Shown one piece after another: positions 19,396-29,210 of a stretch of DNA of 64,000 nucleotides (positions are counted from its first letter, which is position 1; every line of letters starts with the position of its first letter). This stretch comes from a bacterium (GTDB taxonomy: Bacteria; UBA8248). The translations under genes and the position numbers were made by a program. The notes beneath the pieces were generated by a model that did no database searches, was not told where the DNA came from, and worked only from the letters and a program-made list of their open reading frames with translations. The stretch lies in contig OY843592.1 in the NCBI GenBank assembly GCA_963692865.2, positions 992,001 to 1,056,000 of the forward strand, in the 5' to 3' direction.

Positions 19396-20792
19396 CGCTT
19401 TTTACCCATCCGCAGGAACCGCCCGTCCGTGCGCCTGAGCCGGGCGATTCGCTCAAGCGCCCGGTCTACCTGCTGCGGGCAGGTGCCGATGTAGCTTTCC
19501 GGTTTCGTGACCTCGTCGATTTCCTCAGGAGAAAGGTGCTTTCGCGCGACCGGGTTCTCGAGGAGGCATTCCTTGAGCGATCGTCCCTCTTCCCTCGCCA
19601 GCTGGGCGGCGTCATGGCAGATGGTATGGGCTTCGACCTTTCGCTTCGTCTTCTGGTAGAGGCGCAGCATCACCGCTTCGGTCATGGTGAGCTCTCGTTG
19701 AAGTTCGAGATTGCGCCGCATCGCTTTCTTGTCGACGACGAGGCCGCCGTAAATATGCTTGGCCGCCGCGATAGCGGATGACGCCAGACCGAAGCTCTCG
19801 GCGATTCGCGAGAATTCCACGGCGTAGCGGCTCGCGTCGCGCTCGTGCTGCTGCTGGACGTCCATCATGGCGAGCGCGTTCGTCCGCGAGAGTTTGGCGA
19901 GTCCTTCCTGCCATTCACTCGTCTCGGGATTGCGTTTGTGGGGGAAGGTGCTGCTGCTGTGCTGGTGTTCGATGTCCCAAGGCTCCGCCACCTCGGCCAC
20001 TTCTGTCCGCTGGAGGTCGCGGAGGTCCATCCCCGCTTCCCCCAGCGTCGAATTGATCAGCGCGAGAATGTTGAGCAATTCCGCAAAACGGTCCGTCCGG
20101 TGATGCATGCTCATATAGGGGACATGGAGCGCCAGCCGCCTGGCCACCAGGGTTTCCATCCGCCGGGTGGTTTGAAGGTCGCTCAGGTAGACGAAAGTGG
20201 ACTGGGCGCCGGTTCCGGAGGAGACGTTCGCGTAAAACAGCCGCTTGCTGCACTCCTTCAACCGCTCGATGTGATCCCGGATCTCGCTGGAAAGAATCGC
20301 GATCTTCTGGCCGTATGTGACGGGCGAGGCCTGCTGGCCCTCCGTTCGACCGGCCATGACGGTGGCGCGGTGACGCCGGGCCAGACGGACGAGGATGGCC
20401 TCAAGTTCTCGAAGCTCTCCCAGCAGCAGGACGTAGGACTCGCGGATCTGCAGCGTCAGACCGCCGTCGAGGATGTCCTGGGTCGTCGTTCCGAGATGGA
20501 AGTATTCCCCTTCCGGCCCCGCCACCTTCGCGAAAGCATGAACCAGCGAGACGATCCAGTGGCGCGCCTTCTCGAACTCGCGGAAGACGAGGAGGGGAGT
20601 GACCTTCTTCGCGTCGCAACCGCGCACGATGGCCCTGGACGCCCATTTCGGAATCATCTTCAGTTCCCCTTGCGCCCCGGCGATGGCCGCCTCCACGTCG
20701 AGCCATTTCTGGACCATGTTCTCTTCGGTCCAGACAGCCCGCATCTCGGGCGTGGCGTAATAATCACGAAGCAACAGGCACTGATCTTTCAT
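19392..20792 (-). CDS. Fumarase/aspartase-superfamily lyase (adenylosuccinate lyase/PcaB-like, atypical)
   Basis: HLGTTTQDI, AGRTEGQ, signature loop SSSTFPHKRNPETSE, QHERD. Confidence 0.85.
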   Translation of the reverse strand: MKDQCLLLRDYYATPEMRAVWTEENMVQKWLDVEAAIAGAQGELKMIPKWASRAIVRGCDAKKVTPLLVFREFEKARHWIVSLVHAFAKVAGPEGEYFHLGTTTQDILDGGLTLQIRESYVLLLGELRELEAILVRLARRHRATVMAGRTEGQQASPVTYGQKIAILSSEIRDHIERLKECSKRLFYANVSSGTGAQSTFVYLSDLQTTRRMETLVARRLALHVPYMSMHHRTDRFAELLNILALINSTLGEAGMDLRDLQRTEVAEVAEPWDIEHQHSSSTFPHKRNPETSEWQEGLAKLSRTNALAMMDVQQQHERDASRYAVEFSRIAESFGLASSAIAAAKHIYGGLVVDKKAMRRNLELQRELTMTEAVMLRLYQKTKRKVEAHTICHDAAQLAREEGRSLKECLLENPVARKHLSPEEIDEVTKPESYIGTCPQQVDRALERIARLRRTDGRFLRMGKKR

Positions 20793-20842
20793 TTCTTCTC
20801 CGCGTTTTTGCGTTCATTAGAGGAATGAATGGAACCGAAAGC

Positions 20843-22228
20843 TCAATCCAGCGTTGGCTGGGCAAAACGGCCGCTGCCCGGCGGGACCACCACTTCTCCG
20901 TCCCTGGCGATCAGCTCCCCGCGCAGGAAGGTCATCACCGGCGCTCCCACGAAAGTCCTGTTGGCGAAGGCCGTGTAATTCGCCTTGCTTTTCCCCTTCA
21001 CCGGATCGACGAACACGGTCCGCTCCATATCGACCACCACGAGATCGGCGTCCGCCCCCGGGCGGATCGTCCCCTTTTCCGGGAACAGGCGGAAAATCCG
21101 CGCCGGCGCCTCGCACAAACGCGCAACGAGCGTCGGCAGCGTCAGGCGACCCTGGTTCACTTCGTTCAGCATCGAAGGCAGAAAAATTTCCAGGCCGGGT
21201 CCGCCGGGCGGGGCGATCCAGATGTTTTCGTTGTTTTTGAGCTCGTTGATCTGGGGGGCGTGGTCGGTTCCCATGGTGTCGATGGTCCCGTCCAGGAACC
21301 CTTCGCGCAGGGCGTCGCGGTCGGCGGCCGTCTTGACGGGCGGGCTGAATTTCCCCCATGAACCCACCGCGTGGAGGTCCTTGTCGCACAGGAGCAGGTT
21401 GCCCGGCGCAACTTCCGAGGTGATCTTCGGATTTTTTTTCTTCGCGTTGCGGATGAGCTGGACCGCCTCCGCGCCGATGACGTGACAGATATGCAAACGG
21501 GCGCCCGTGGCCGTGGACAAGGTGAGGGCCTCGAAGACCGCGAGGTCTTCGGCGAAATTCGGCCGGCTCAGACGCCAGGCGTCGATGTCCGGCTTCATCG
21601 TCTCCTTGCTTCGCTCGGTGAAGAGTTCGAGGATCGGATTCGATTCGGCGTGGATTCCAATCTGTCCATCGAAGCCCGCGATTTCCTCGAACAGCAGGAA
21701 GAGCTTGTCGATGTCGACGGTAATGTATTTTGCGAAATCTTCCTTGAAGGCCCCCGTCACGGCGGTGAAAATCTTGTAACCGATGGCGCCCAGCTCCTGG
21801 AAGTGATGGAGTTCCTTCCGGTTCTGATCGCAGGCCCAGGCGTAGAGGGCAATATCCGCGTACGTGCGATTTTCAATGAGCGCCTTTCGTTCGATAAAAT
21901 CCTCAGGACTCAGAACGTCGGGTATGCCGTTTGGCATCTGCATCACCGTCGTCACGCCGCCGACGGCGGCGCAGGCGGTTCCGGTGGTGAAGTCCTCCTT
22001 TTCGGATTCCCCCATGTCGCGCAGGTGTACGTGGGGGTCGATGATTCCCGGCAGAAGATATTTCCCCCCGAGGTCGATCTCCTCTGCGCCTCCCCCGGGA
22101 AGAGCGCCTTCTTCGAGCGAAGCGACCCGCCCGTCGCGCACGGCCACGTTGGCGCGGCGAATCTCTTCGGTCGTCACGACATTCGCGTTCATCAAGTTGT
22201 AATCACGGTTCACGTCTTGGGGCGTCAT
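20843..22228 (-). CDS. Cyclic amidohydrolase (allantoinase/dihydroorotase-like)
   Basis: PGIIDPHVH, GGVTTV..MPN, GYKIF, HAE, HICH, TDHAP, GADADLV motifs. Confidence 0.9.
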   Translation of the reverse strand: MTPQDVNRDYNLMNANVVTTEEIRRANVAVRDGRVASLEEGALPGGGAEEIDLGGKYLLPGIIDPHVHLRDMGESEKEDFTTGTACAAVGGVTTVMQMPNGIPDVLSPEDFIERKALIENRTYADIALYAWACDQNRKELHHFQELGAIGYKIFTAVTGAFKEDFAKYITVDIDKLFLLFEEIAGFDGQIGIHAESNPILELFTERSKETMKPDIDAWRLSRPNFAEDLAVFEALTLSTATGARLHICHVIGAEAVQLIRNAKKKNPKITSEVAPGNLLLCDKDLHAVGSWGKFSPPVKTAADRDALREGFLDGTIDTMGTDHAPQINELKNNENIWIAPPGGPGLEIFLPSMLNEVNQGRLTLPTLVARLCEAPARIFRLFPEKGTIRPGADADLVVVDMERTVFVDPVKGKSKANYTAFANRTFVGAPVMTFLRGELIARDGEVVVPPGSGRFAQPTLD

Positions 22229-24231
22229 CGCTGTTCCTCTCGTGATGGGTAGGAAGACGTAACCTCATCCGCTCCCGCTCCGCGCCGGAGACGCAAGGAA
22301 ACACCTGTGGATCTCCAGCGTTGCCAGGCGACCACGGACAGGAGCCCAATGAGGCCGATTCCGTTCGCTGAAATCGAATAAGGGATCAGCAAAATCCCGG
22401 AGGCCACCAGGAGAATGCGCTCCACGATGTGGAGCTCCCGCAGCATTCTTCCCTGTACGCCATAAGTGAAGGCCAGGATCCCCAGGAGGGAGGTCCCGAC
22501 AGCGTAAACCACATCAAAGGGGCTTCCGATAAAAACGAGGCCGGGGCTGTATACGAACATGAACGGGACGATGAACGCCGCCAGCCCAATGCGTATCGCC
22601 AGGAATCCCGTCCGCAGCGGAGGCGCCTTGGCGATGGCGGCGCCCGCGTACGCAGCCAGTGCGACCGGCGGCGTGATCGCCGAAATAATGCCGGAATACA
22701 GGACGAAGAGGTGCGCCGATATCTTGGGCACGCCGGCCTTGACCAGGGAAGGGGCAATCAGCACGGCCAGGATAATGTAGGCCGGCATCGTGGGCATCCC
22801 CATCCCGAGCAGAATGCTGGTCACCATGCCGATCACCAGCATCGGAAGCAGCGCTTCATGAGCCAGTTCGAGGAGAGCGAAAGAAACCTTCGCCCCCAGG
22901 CCCGTCAGCGTGAAGATGCTCACCACGATCCCCGCACACGCGCAGGCGAGCGCGACCTGCAGCGTGGCCATCGTTCCCGCGCGAAGCGCGTTGAGAATCT
23001 GCCGGGGCGACAAGCGGCTGGCGGCTTTCAGGGAACTGACGGCGACCGTGGCCACAATCGCCCAGAAACCCGATTTCGTCGGGGACCAGTGCATGTACAT
23101 CAACATGAATACGAGGATGACCGGGGGAGCGAGAAAGGGCCAGCCTTCCGAGAGGAGACGCAGCGGCCTGGGGAGTTCCGAACGATCCATCCCCCGAAGC
23201 CCCAGGCGCACGGCTTCCAGGTCTACGGCAATGAACACCGCGACGTAATAGAGGATGGCCGGCAGCAGCGCCATGACGATAATCTCTCTGTATGTGACGT
23301 GGATCATCTCGATCATGATGAAAACGGCCGCACCCATGATGGGGGGCATGAACTGTCCGCCGGTCGAGGAAACCGCCTCGACCGCAGCGGCGAAGGTGGG
23401 CTGGTACCCGAGACGCTTCATCATCGGTATGGTGAACGTCCCCGTGCCCACGACGTTGGCCGTGGCGCTGCCCGAGATCGTGCCGAAAAGCGTGCTCCCC
23501 ACAACCGCGACTTTCGCCGGTCCGCCCCGCACCCGGCCGAAAAGCCCGAAGGCGAGATCGATGAAAAACCGGCCCGCTCCGGTCTCCTGAAGAAAAGCCC
23601 CGAAAGTGATGAACAGAATGACGAACGTCGCTGAAACGCCGATCGGAAACCCGTAAATACCTTCCGTGCTGGTGTAGGAGTGCTGCAGAATCCGCCCCCA
23701 GTCGTAACCGCGGTGCCCGAAGATACCCGGCATGTTCGGGCCCCAGTAGGCGTAGATCACGAACGCCACGGCGACCAGAGGCAGCGTCCAGCCGATGACC
23801 CTCCGGGTCGCTTCGAGAACCAGGATGATGGCGACGATTCCGAGGAGCATGTCCGTTACATTCGGGTTCCCGTCCCGGAAGGTGAGAACATGGTATTGAT
23901 CGATGATGTAGAGGCCGATGGTGATGCTTCCGATAACGAAAACGGTGTCGAGAAGCCGACCGAAAACATAGTACCGCTCCTTCGTCGAGGTCGGGTAAAG
24001 AAGGTATGTGAGAATCAGGATCGGACTCAAGTGAATCGAACGCTGAATGAGCGCTCCGTACGCACCGGCGAAACCCGTATAGAGGTGAAAAACCGCCACC
24101 GCAATGGCCAGCCAGGTGATGACCGGGTTGAGAAAACGCTCGAAGGCGTTGTCCGGGCGGGCCCGGCCGTGAACGATTACCCCCGCCTCTTCCGCATCCG
24201 GCGATTGCTTCGGTTCGCCATTCGCATCCAC
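22225..24231 (-). CDS. TRAP transporter 4TM/12TM fused permease (TAXI type)
   Basis: GGPAKVAV, GTISGSATANVVGTG, EAVSSTGGQFMPPIMGAA, ITPPVALAAY; GTG start. Confidence 0.93.
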   Translation of the reverse strand: MDANGEPKQSPDAEEAGVIVHGRARPDNAFERFLNPVITWLAIAVAVFHLYTGFAGAYGALIQRSIHLSPILILTYLLYPTSTKERYYVFGRLLDTVFVIGSITIGLYIIDQYHVLTFRDGNPNVTDMLLGIVAIILVLEATRRVIGWTLPLVAVAFVIYAYWGPNMPGIFGHRGYDWGRILQHSYTSTEGIYGFPIGVSATFVILFITFGAFLQETGAGRFFIDLAFGLFGRVRGGPAKVAVVGSTLFGTISGSATANVVGTGTFTIPMMKRLGYQPTFAAAVEAVSSTGGQFMPPIMGAAVFIMIEMIHVTYREIIVMALLPAILYYVAVFIAVDLEAVRLGLRGMDRSELPRPLRLLSEGWPFLAPPVILVFMLMYMHWSPTKSGFWAIVATVAVSSLKAASRLSPRQILNALRAGTMATLQVALACACAGIVVSIFTLTGLGAKVSFALLELAHEALLPMLVIGMVTSILLGMGMPTMPAYIILAVLIAPSLVKAGVPKISAHLFVLYSGIISAITPPVALAAYAGAAIAKAPPLRTGFLAIRIGLAAFIVPFMFVYSPGLVFIGSPFDVVYAVGTSLLGILAFTYGVQGRMLRELHIVERILLVASGILLIPYSISANGIGLIGLLSVVAWQRWRSTGVSLRLRRGAGADEVTSSYPSREEQR

Positions 24232-24253
24232 TGCACGACTCCCTTGCGGTGGC

Positions 24254-24283
24254 CGGCGCCCCCGCCCTCAGGCGGAGGCGCCG
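24254..24283. promoter_or_regulatory. Intercistronic GC-rich stem-loop (possible mRNA stabiliser or attenuator after the SBP gene)
   Basis: CGGCGCC-C-CCGCC-CTCA-GGCGG-A-GGCGCCG inverted repeat between the TAXI SBP and permease genes. Confidence 0.5.
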
Positions 24284-24301
24284 AAATGCCCGTACGACAA
24301 A

Positions 24302-25270
24302 TTATTTGATGCCCTTTTCCTTGAAGTAACGCGCGGCGCCGGGATGAACGGGAATGGGAATGCTCCCGGCGGAGCCGGGGAGTTTGTACTTCGACCCGGC
24401 GCGGTGAATGGCGGCGAGCTCATCGGTGTGCTCGAGGACCGTTTTCGTCACCGCGTAGACCGTCGCGTTGTCCATGTCCGCGTGGGTGATGATGATGGTC
24501 GCCGACGCCATCGCCCCGACGTCTCCCTTCATGCCGCCGTAAGTGCCCTTGGGAATGCTGGAAGGCGACCAGTATGGATGCAGCTTGCTGATTTTCTTCA
24601 TGTCCGCCATGGAGATGGGGACCAATCTGACGTCGTGCGTCGAAGTGATGTCCTTTACCGCACCGCCCGGAATGCCGGCGAGCTGGATGGTTCCGTCCAC
24701 GGTTCCGTCCTTCAGCGCCGCAACGGCTTCCGTCTGGGTCAGATGATCCGTTCGGGCGAACTGCTTGGTGCTGATCCCCAGGACTTCGAGCATCGCCACG
24801 CCCATCGCCGCCGTGGAGCTTCCCGGCTGTCCGATGGAGATCCGCTTTCCTTTATAGTCATACACACTCTTAATTCCCGACTTCCTGAGCGTCACGAAAT
24901 GCTGGATGCTGGCGTGGCCGCTCATCAGGGCGCGGAGCTTGTATTTTTCTCCCGGCTTGAATCGCCCGCCCCCCTTCACCGCAAAGTAGGCGGCGTCCGG
25001 GGTCGTCAGACCAAAATCGGCTCTCTTGGTTCCGATGAGGCGCGTATTGCCGAAACCGCCTCCCGTGACCTCCGCGTTCGCCCGCATCCCCGGAATGTAT
25101 TTGGACAGGATCTTGGCCATTCCGGTTGCGACTACGATGTACGTTCCGCCCGAAGCGCCGCCGGCGATGGTGACGAACTTCTTGGCAGCCTGGGCGGAGG
25201 AAATCGTCATCGCCAAAATGGCGATGACCACCACTGCGAACTTAATGAACGTCTTCATTGCGCGCATCAT
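24302..25270 (-). CDS. TAXI-family TRAP solute-binding protein
   Basis: GGASGGTY, SIGQPGS, LKDGTVDG, IPKGTY, IPVHPGAARYFKE; signal peptide; SD GGAGGGGAG before ATG 25270. Confidence 0.92.
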   Translation of the reverse strand: MMRAMKTFIKFAVVVIAILAMTISSAQAAKKFVTIAGGASGGTYIVVATGMAKILSKYIPGMRANAEVTGGGFGNTRLIGTKRADFGLTTPDAAYFAVKGGGRFKPGEKYKLRALMSGHASIQHFVTLRKSGIKSVYDYKGKRISIGQPGSSTAAMGVAMLEVLGISTKQFARTDHLTQTEAVAALKDGTVDGTIQLAGIPGGAVKDITSTHDVRLVPISMADMKKISKLHPYWSPSSIPKGTYGGMKGDVGAMASATIIITHADMDNATVYAVTKTVLEHTDELAAIHRAGSKYKLPGSAGSIPIPVHPGAARYFKEKGIK

Positions 25271-25389
25271 TTTCTCCCCTCCTTGTTTGGGTAGACTAGG
25301 AACTTTCCTTGACCTCCCGGATGGATGATGAAGCAACGATAAGACTTCATATTAAAAAGTTTTAAACAGATTCCCCGAAAACAGGATTT

Positions 25390-26169
25390 CTATGCTTCAG
25401 GTTCCCTCCAGCCCAGGGATGCCGAAACCTCCCGAGCGGCTCCGATGACCTGGGCGGCAAGGATTTTCCGGTTCGAGTTTCCGATCCGGTGAACCGGGGC
25501 CGAGAGCGTCAACGAAGCCGCAACGGCTCCTGGTTCATCGAACACCGGTGCGGAAATCGCCCTGGCCCCGACGATGAACTCCTGGTCGCTGTACGCGTGG
25601 CCCTTTTCACGAATCTCCTTGAGCTCGTTTCTTAATTTGACGGGATCGGTGATCGTATTTTCTGTCGCCCTCGACAGTTTCTGCTGCATGATCGTCTCGA
25701 TGTTCTGATCCGGCAAAAAGGCGAGCAGGGCTTTCGACGCCGCCCCAACGTGCAAGGGCCGCACCTCTCCCACGAAAAAACGAGTGATCATCGATTGGCG
25801 GCTTTCGATGCACTCGATGCAAATGGTCTCCCGACCCGATTTGATACACAGGAAAGTCGTTTCTCCCGTTTCCGAGGTAAGCCTTCTCATGACGGGAACC
25901 GCAAGTTCGCAAAGGTTTCCATTCTGTCCGTTCCGGGAACTGTTTTTCGAGAGGAGGGAGAGGGAAGGCCCCAGCCGGTATTTTCCGTATTCGGAGGAAG
26001 CATCCACGAAGCCCCTCGTCTGGAGGGTCTTGAGGAATCGGTAAGTCGTACTTTTGGGAAGTTGGATTTCGGAGGAAAGCTCTTCTACAGATGATGAGCC
26101 GGATCCATGGGCTATTGCCCAGAGGAGATCGATTGCTTTATCTATCGTCTTAAGGGAGGCGGAAGACAT
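25390..26169 (-). CDS. IclR family transcriptional regulator
   Basis: HTH LPKSTTYRFL.TL, TGET, PLH.GA..KALLAF, G...ISAPVFD. Confidence 0.93.
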   Translation of the reverse strand: MSSASLKTIDKAIDLLWAIAHGSGSSSVEELSSEIQLPKSTTYRFLKTLQTRGFVDASSEYGKYRLGPSLSLLSKNSSRNGQNGNLCELAVPVMRRLTSETGETTFLCIKSGRETICIECIESRQSMITRFFVGEVRPLHVGAASKALLAFLPDQNIETIMQQKLSRATENTITDPVKLRNELKEIREKGHAYSDQEFIVGARAISAPVFDEPGAVAASLTLSAPVHRIGNSNRKILAAQVIGAAREVSASLGWREPEA

Positions 26170-26184
26170 TTATTTTCTCAAATA

Positions 26185-26203
26185 ATAAGAAATATATTCT
26201 TAT
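26185..26203. promoter_or_regulatory. Candidate IclR operator (AT-rich palindrome)
   Basis: Perfect inverted repeat ATAAGAA-N5-TTCTTAT about 15 bp upstream of the IclR start codon, in an AT-rich stretch. Confidence 0.5.
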
Positions 26204-26385
26204 ATTTCAGTAAATATATGCCCCGTTGCCGTTCATGTCAACCGATGATTGGCTTGTTCCAACAACGTATCCTGGTCGCGTAAGAAATTCCGGCCCGCCC
26301 GAAAACTCATTGGCGCGGGGGCGTTCTTCCCTCCGCCAACGACTCCGGGATGACGGCGAATGCGCGGGTCAATTTCGGGCGAGGA

Positions 26386-26527
26386 GAAGTTGTTGAAAAA
26401 ATCCCCCGAAAAACAGGGAGCGGATTTCAACCCATAGATGCGGCCCGCGCCGGGGCTAGAGGGCATCCTTCGATACGAGGTTTCGTCGCTACTCAGGATG
26501 AGGCGAAGAGGACTTTTTAACAGCCCC
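26386..26527. mobile_element. Degenerate MITE-like element
   Basis: GAAGTTGTTGAAAAA ... TTTTTAACAGCCCC enclosing CCTTCGATACG...CTACTCAGGATGAG; no matching target duplication. Confidence 0.6.
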
Positions 26528-26556
26528 GGGCCGCCGGCCGAGAGGTTTCGACCCCC

Positions 26557-29208
26557 CTAGAAGCTCAGCGAGATGTCGCGGTGGTGCGACATGCAGGACG
26601 CCACGGGTTTCGCGAGCCGGCTCGGCAGCCGCTCCAGTTGCCGGATGCCGATGGTTCCGCGAATCGCGGCCTCATAGGCGGCCAGGCCGGGGTCCAACTC
26701 CCGGGCGGCGCGGGAGCGCCAGGCCACCTCGCGCTCGAAGAGAGCGACCGCATCGTTCAGGCGCTTCGCGGCGCGCTTGCGGCCTGACTCGCCCCGCCTT
26801 GCGTCCGCGCGCGCCCTGGAGAGACCTGAGCGCAGATCGTAGGTTCCGGGAACCTTTCTGAACGCCCGCTCGGCGTCGCGGATGGCGGCGCCCGCCTCTT
26901 TGGCCGTCTTCGTTTGCAGGATTCCCGGCAGCCCCTTGAGCCTTGCGCCCGCTTCTGCGAGGGCCGGCGCCTTCGCCAGCATCTCGCGCACCTTGCGCAC
27001 GGAGGAGTAGGCGTCGTCGACGTTGCGCCGGTAGTTGCGGCGGGCGCGGGTTTCCTTCTTTTCCAGCGACAGGTAACGCCTGCGCATCTCCTTCCCGCCC
27101 TCGGGGCGTCTTGCCTCGGCGCGAGCCCTTCGCTTCGTGAGTTCCTCGATCTCGTGGCGCAATGCCGCCGCCGCGTCCGTATCCCGTCCCATGCGCCGGA
27201 TGGTGGTGCGGAGCTCGCGGATATGGCGGTCGATCCGCCTCTCGTCCGCGTTGACGCGCCTGATGACGGTATGTACGGGCTTGTAGGCCTCCCCGAACTT
27301 CTCCCGCTCGGCGCCGGCGCGGCGCACTTGCGCGACCAGATCGAACGTCCGGGCCGCCTTCTCCATGCCGCCGGTAAGCTGCCTGCGAACCTTATCGGGC
27401 AGATAGCCTGTATCGAGTTTCTGCGCGGCTCGTATGCCCGCGCGTATCGTCTCGCCGTCGCGGTCGTATTGCTCGAAGAGATATTGCTCCAGGCAGTTCT
27501 GGAGGCGCGGGTTCCTGGGAGGCGGCGCGGTCTCGCCGGTGAGCGACGTGCGCATCGGCAGGTAGTTCACCAGTGGCGGATAGAAGCCGACGATGCCCAG
27601 GGCCACCAGTTGCAGCGCGATGAAGGCGACCACGCCCTTGTAGATGTCCGTCGTCAGCACGGTGGGCGGCGCCACGCCGCGCAGATAGAACAGCGCGAAA
27701 CCGAACGGCGGCGTCAGGAAGGAGGTCTGCATGTTGACGCCTATCATCACACCGAGCCAGACGGCGGTGACGTTGGCCGAGGGGTCCGAGAGCAGGATGG
27801 GGGCCACGATGGGCACCACCACCACCGCTATCTCGATGAAATCGAGGAAAAACCCGAGGATGAAGATCACCGCCATGACGACGATGAACTGGCTCCAGAA
27901 ACCGCCGGGCAGGGTGGTGAGAAACTCCTTCACCAGCTCCTCGCCGCCGAAGCCCCGGAAGGCCGAGGTGAGCATGGCCGCGCCCAGGAGGATGATGAAG
28001 ACCATGGCCGTGGTCTTGGCGGTCTCGACCATGACGCCGGCGAGCATCTGCTCGGTGCGGTAGGCGCGCCAGCCGCTCCAGGCGACGGCGACCAGCAAAC
28101 CGAGAACGGCGATGGCGGCGAGCGTCACGCCTATCGCCTCGTAGGCGCCGTGAACCGTGCGTATGTTCAGATCGAAGGTGGCCAACAGTATGAAGAGCGC
28201 GAGCAGCGAAAGGCCCGCGATGATGGCCGGCGTATAGCACCCGCGCCGTCCTTCGGCCAGGCGGTACCCCGCCATGATGGTGGCGCCGACGGCGCCGATG
28301 GCGCCGGCCTGGTTGACCGTGGCAACGCCTGCGATGATGGAGCCGAGCACGGCCAGGATGAGCGCCAGTGGAGGAATGAGGGCCAACAGCACGCGGAAGG
28401 CGAACCGGCGGTCGAAGCTGCCCTCCATGGGGATGGCCGGCGCGGTGCCGGGCCGTATGAGCGCGACCGCGAGAATGTAGACGACGTAGAGGCCCACCAG
28501 CACCAGACCGGGCGCGATGGCGCCCAGGAACATGTCGCCCGCGCTGGCCGAGGTGATGCCGAACTCCGTGGGCATGATGAACTGGCCGGTGGAGGCCTTG
28601 AAGTCCACCAGCCGGAGCGTGGCCGCCTGATCGGTGGCGTTCGAGAGCTGGTCGGCGAGGATGATGAGCACCACGGAGGGCGGGATGATCTGCCCCAGCG
28701 TGCCCGCCGCGCAGATTGTCCCGGTGGCGAGCTGGCGCGAGTAGCCGTTGCGGAGCATGGCCGGCAGCGAGATGAGGCCCATGGCCACCACGGTGGCGCC
28801 GAGAATGCCGGTGGTGGCGGCGAGCAGCGCGCCCACCAGCACCACCGAGATGCCGAGGCCGCCCGGAACCGGCCCGAACAGGCGCGCCATGGTCACCAGC
28901 AGGTCCTCGGCGATCTTCGAGCGCTGCAGCATGATGCCCATGAACACGAACAGGGGCACGGCGATGATGGTGTCGCGCTCGACCTCCCAGTAGACGCCCC
29001 GGAAATTGGTGACGCCGGCCGTGAGCCACTGGACGGGGCCGTCCTGCGCGAAGAATGCGCCGGCGTCCCCGGCGAAGACGTAGCCGGTGAGCGACGCGAG
29101 TCCGATGGTCAGGATGGCCGAGCCGGGCAGCGCGAACGCCACCGGGTAGCCCGACGCCAGCGCCAGGGCCATCGCGAGGATCAGCAGTGCGAGAAAGAAA
29201 AGCTCCAC
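26557..29208 (-). CDS. dctM: TRAP large permease DctM with long soluble C-terminal extension
   Basis: Real start probably GTG 29208 (VELFFLAL..SGYPVAFAL), 2 bp after the dctQ stop; AVPLFVFMG, GTLGQIIPPS, FLTPPFGFALFYLRG. Confidence 0.9.
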   Translation of the reverse strand: MELFFLALLILAMALALASGYPVAFALPGSAILTIGLASLTGYVFAGDAGAFFAQDGPVQWLTAGVTNFRGVYWEVERDTIIAVPLFVFMGIMLQRSKIAEDLLVTMARLFGPVPGGLGISVVLVGALLAATTGILGATVVAMGLISLPAMLRNGYSRQLATGTICAAGTLGQIIPPSVVLIILADQLSNATDQAATLRLVDFKASTGQFIMPTEFGITSASAGDMFLGAIAPGLVLVGLYVVYILAVALIRPGTAPAIPMEGSFDRRFAFRVLLALIPPLALILAVLGSIIAGVATVNQAGAIGAVGATIMAGYRLAEGRRGCYTPAIIAGLSLLALFILLATFDLNIRTVHGAYEAIGVTLAAIAVLGLLVAVAWSGWRAYRTEQMLAGVMVETAKTTAMVFIILLGAAMLTSAFRGFGGEELVKEFLTTLPGGFWSQFIVVMAVIFILGFFLDFIEIAVVVVPIVAPILLSDPSANVTAVWLGVMIGVNMQTSFLTPPFGFALFYLRGVAPPTVLTTDIYKGVVAFIALQLVALGIVGFYPPLVNYLPMRTSLTGETAPPPRNPRLQNCLEQYLFEQYDRDGETIRAGIRAAQKLDTGYLPDKVRRQLTGGMEKAARTFDLVAQVRRAGAEREKFGEAYKPVHTVIRRVNADERRIDRHIRELRTTIRRMGRDTDAAAALRHEIEELTKRRARAEARRPEGGKEMRRRYLSLEKKETRARRNYRRNVDDAYSSVRKVREMLAKAPALAEAGARLKGLPGILQTKTAKEAGAAIRDAERAFRKVPGTYDLRSGLSRARADARRGESGRKRAAKRLNDAVALFEREVAWRSRAARELDPGLAAYEAAIRGTIGIRQLERLPSRLAKPVASCMSHHRDISLSF

Positions 29209-29210
29209 GG

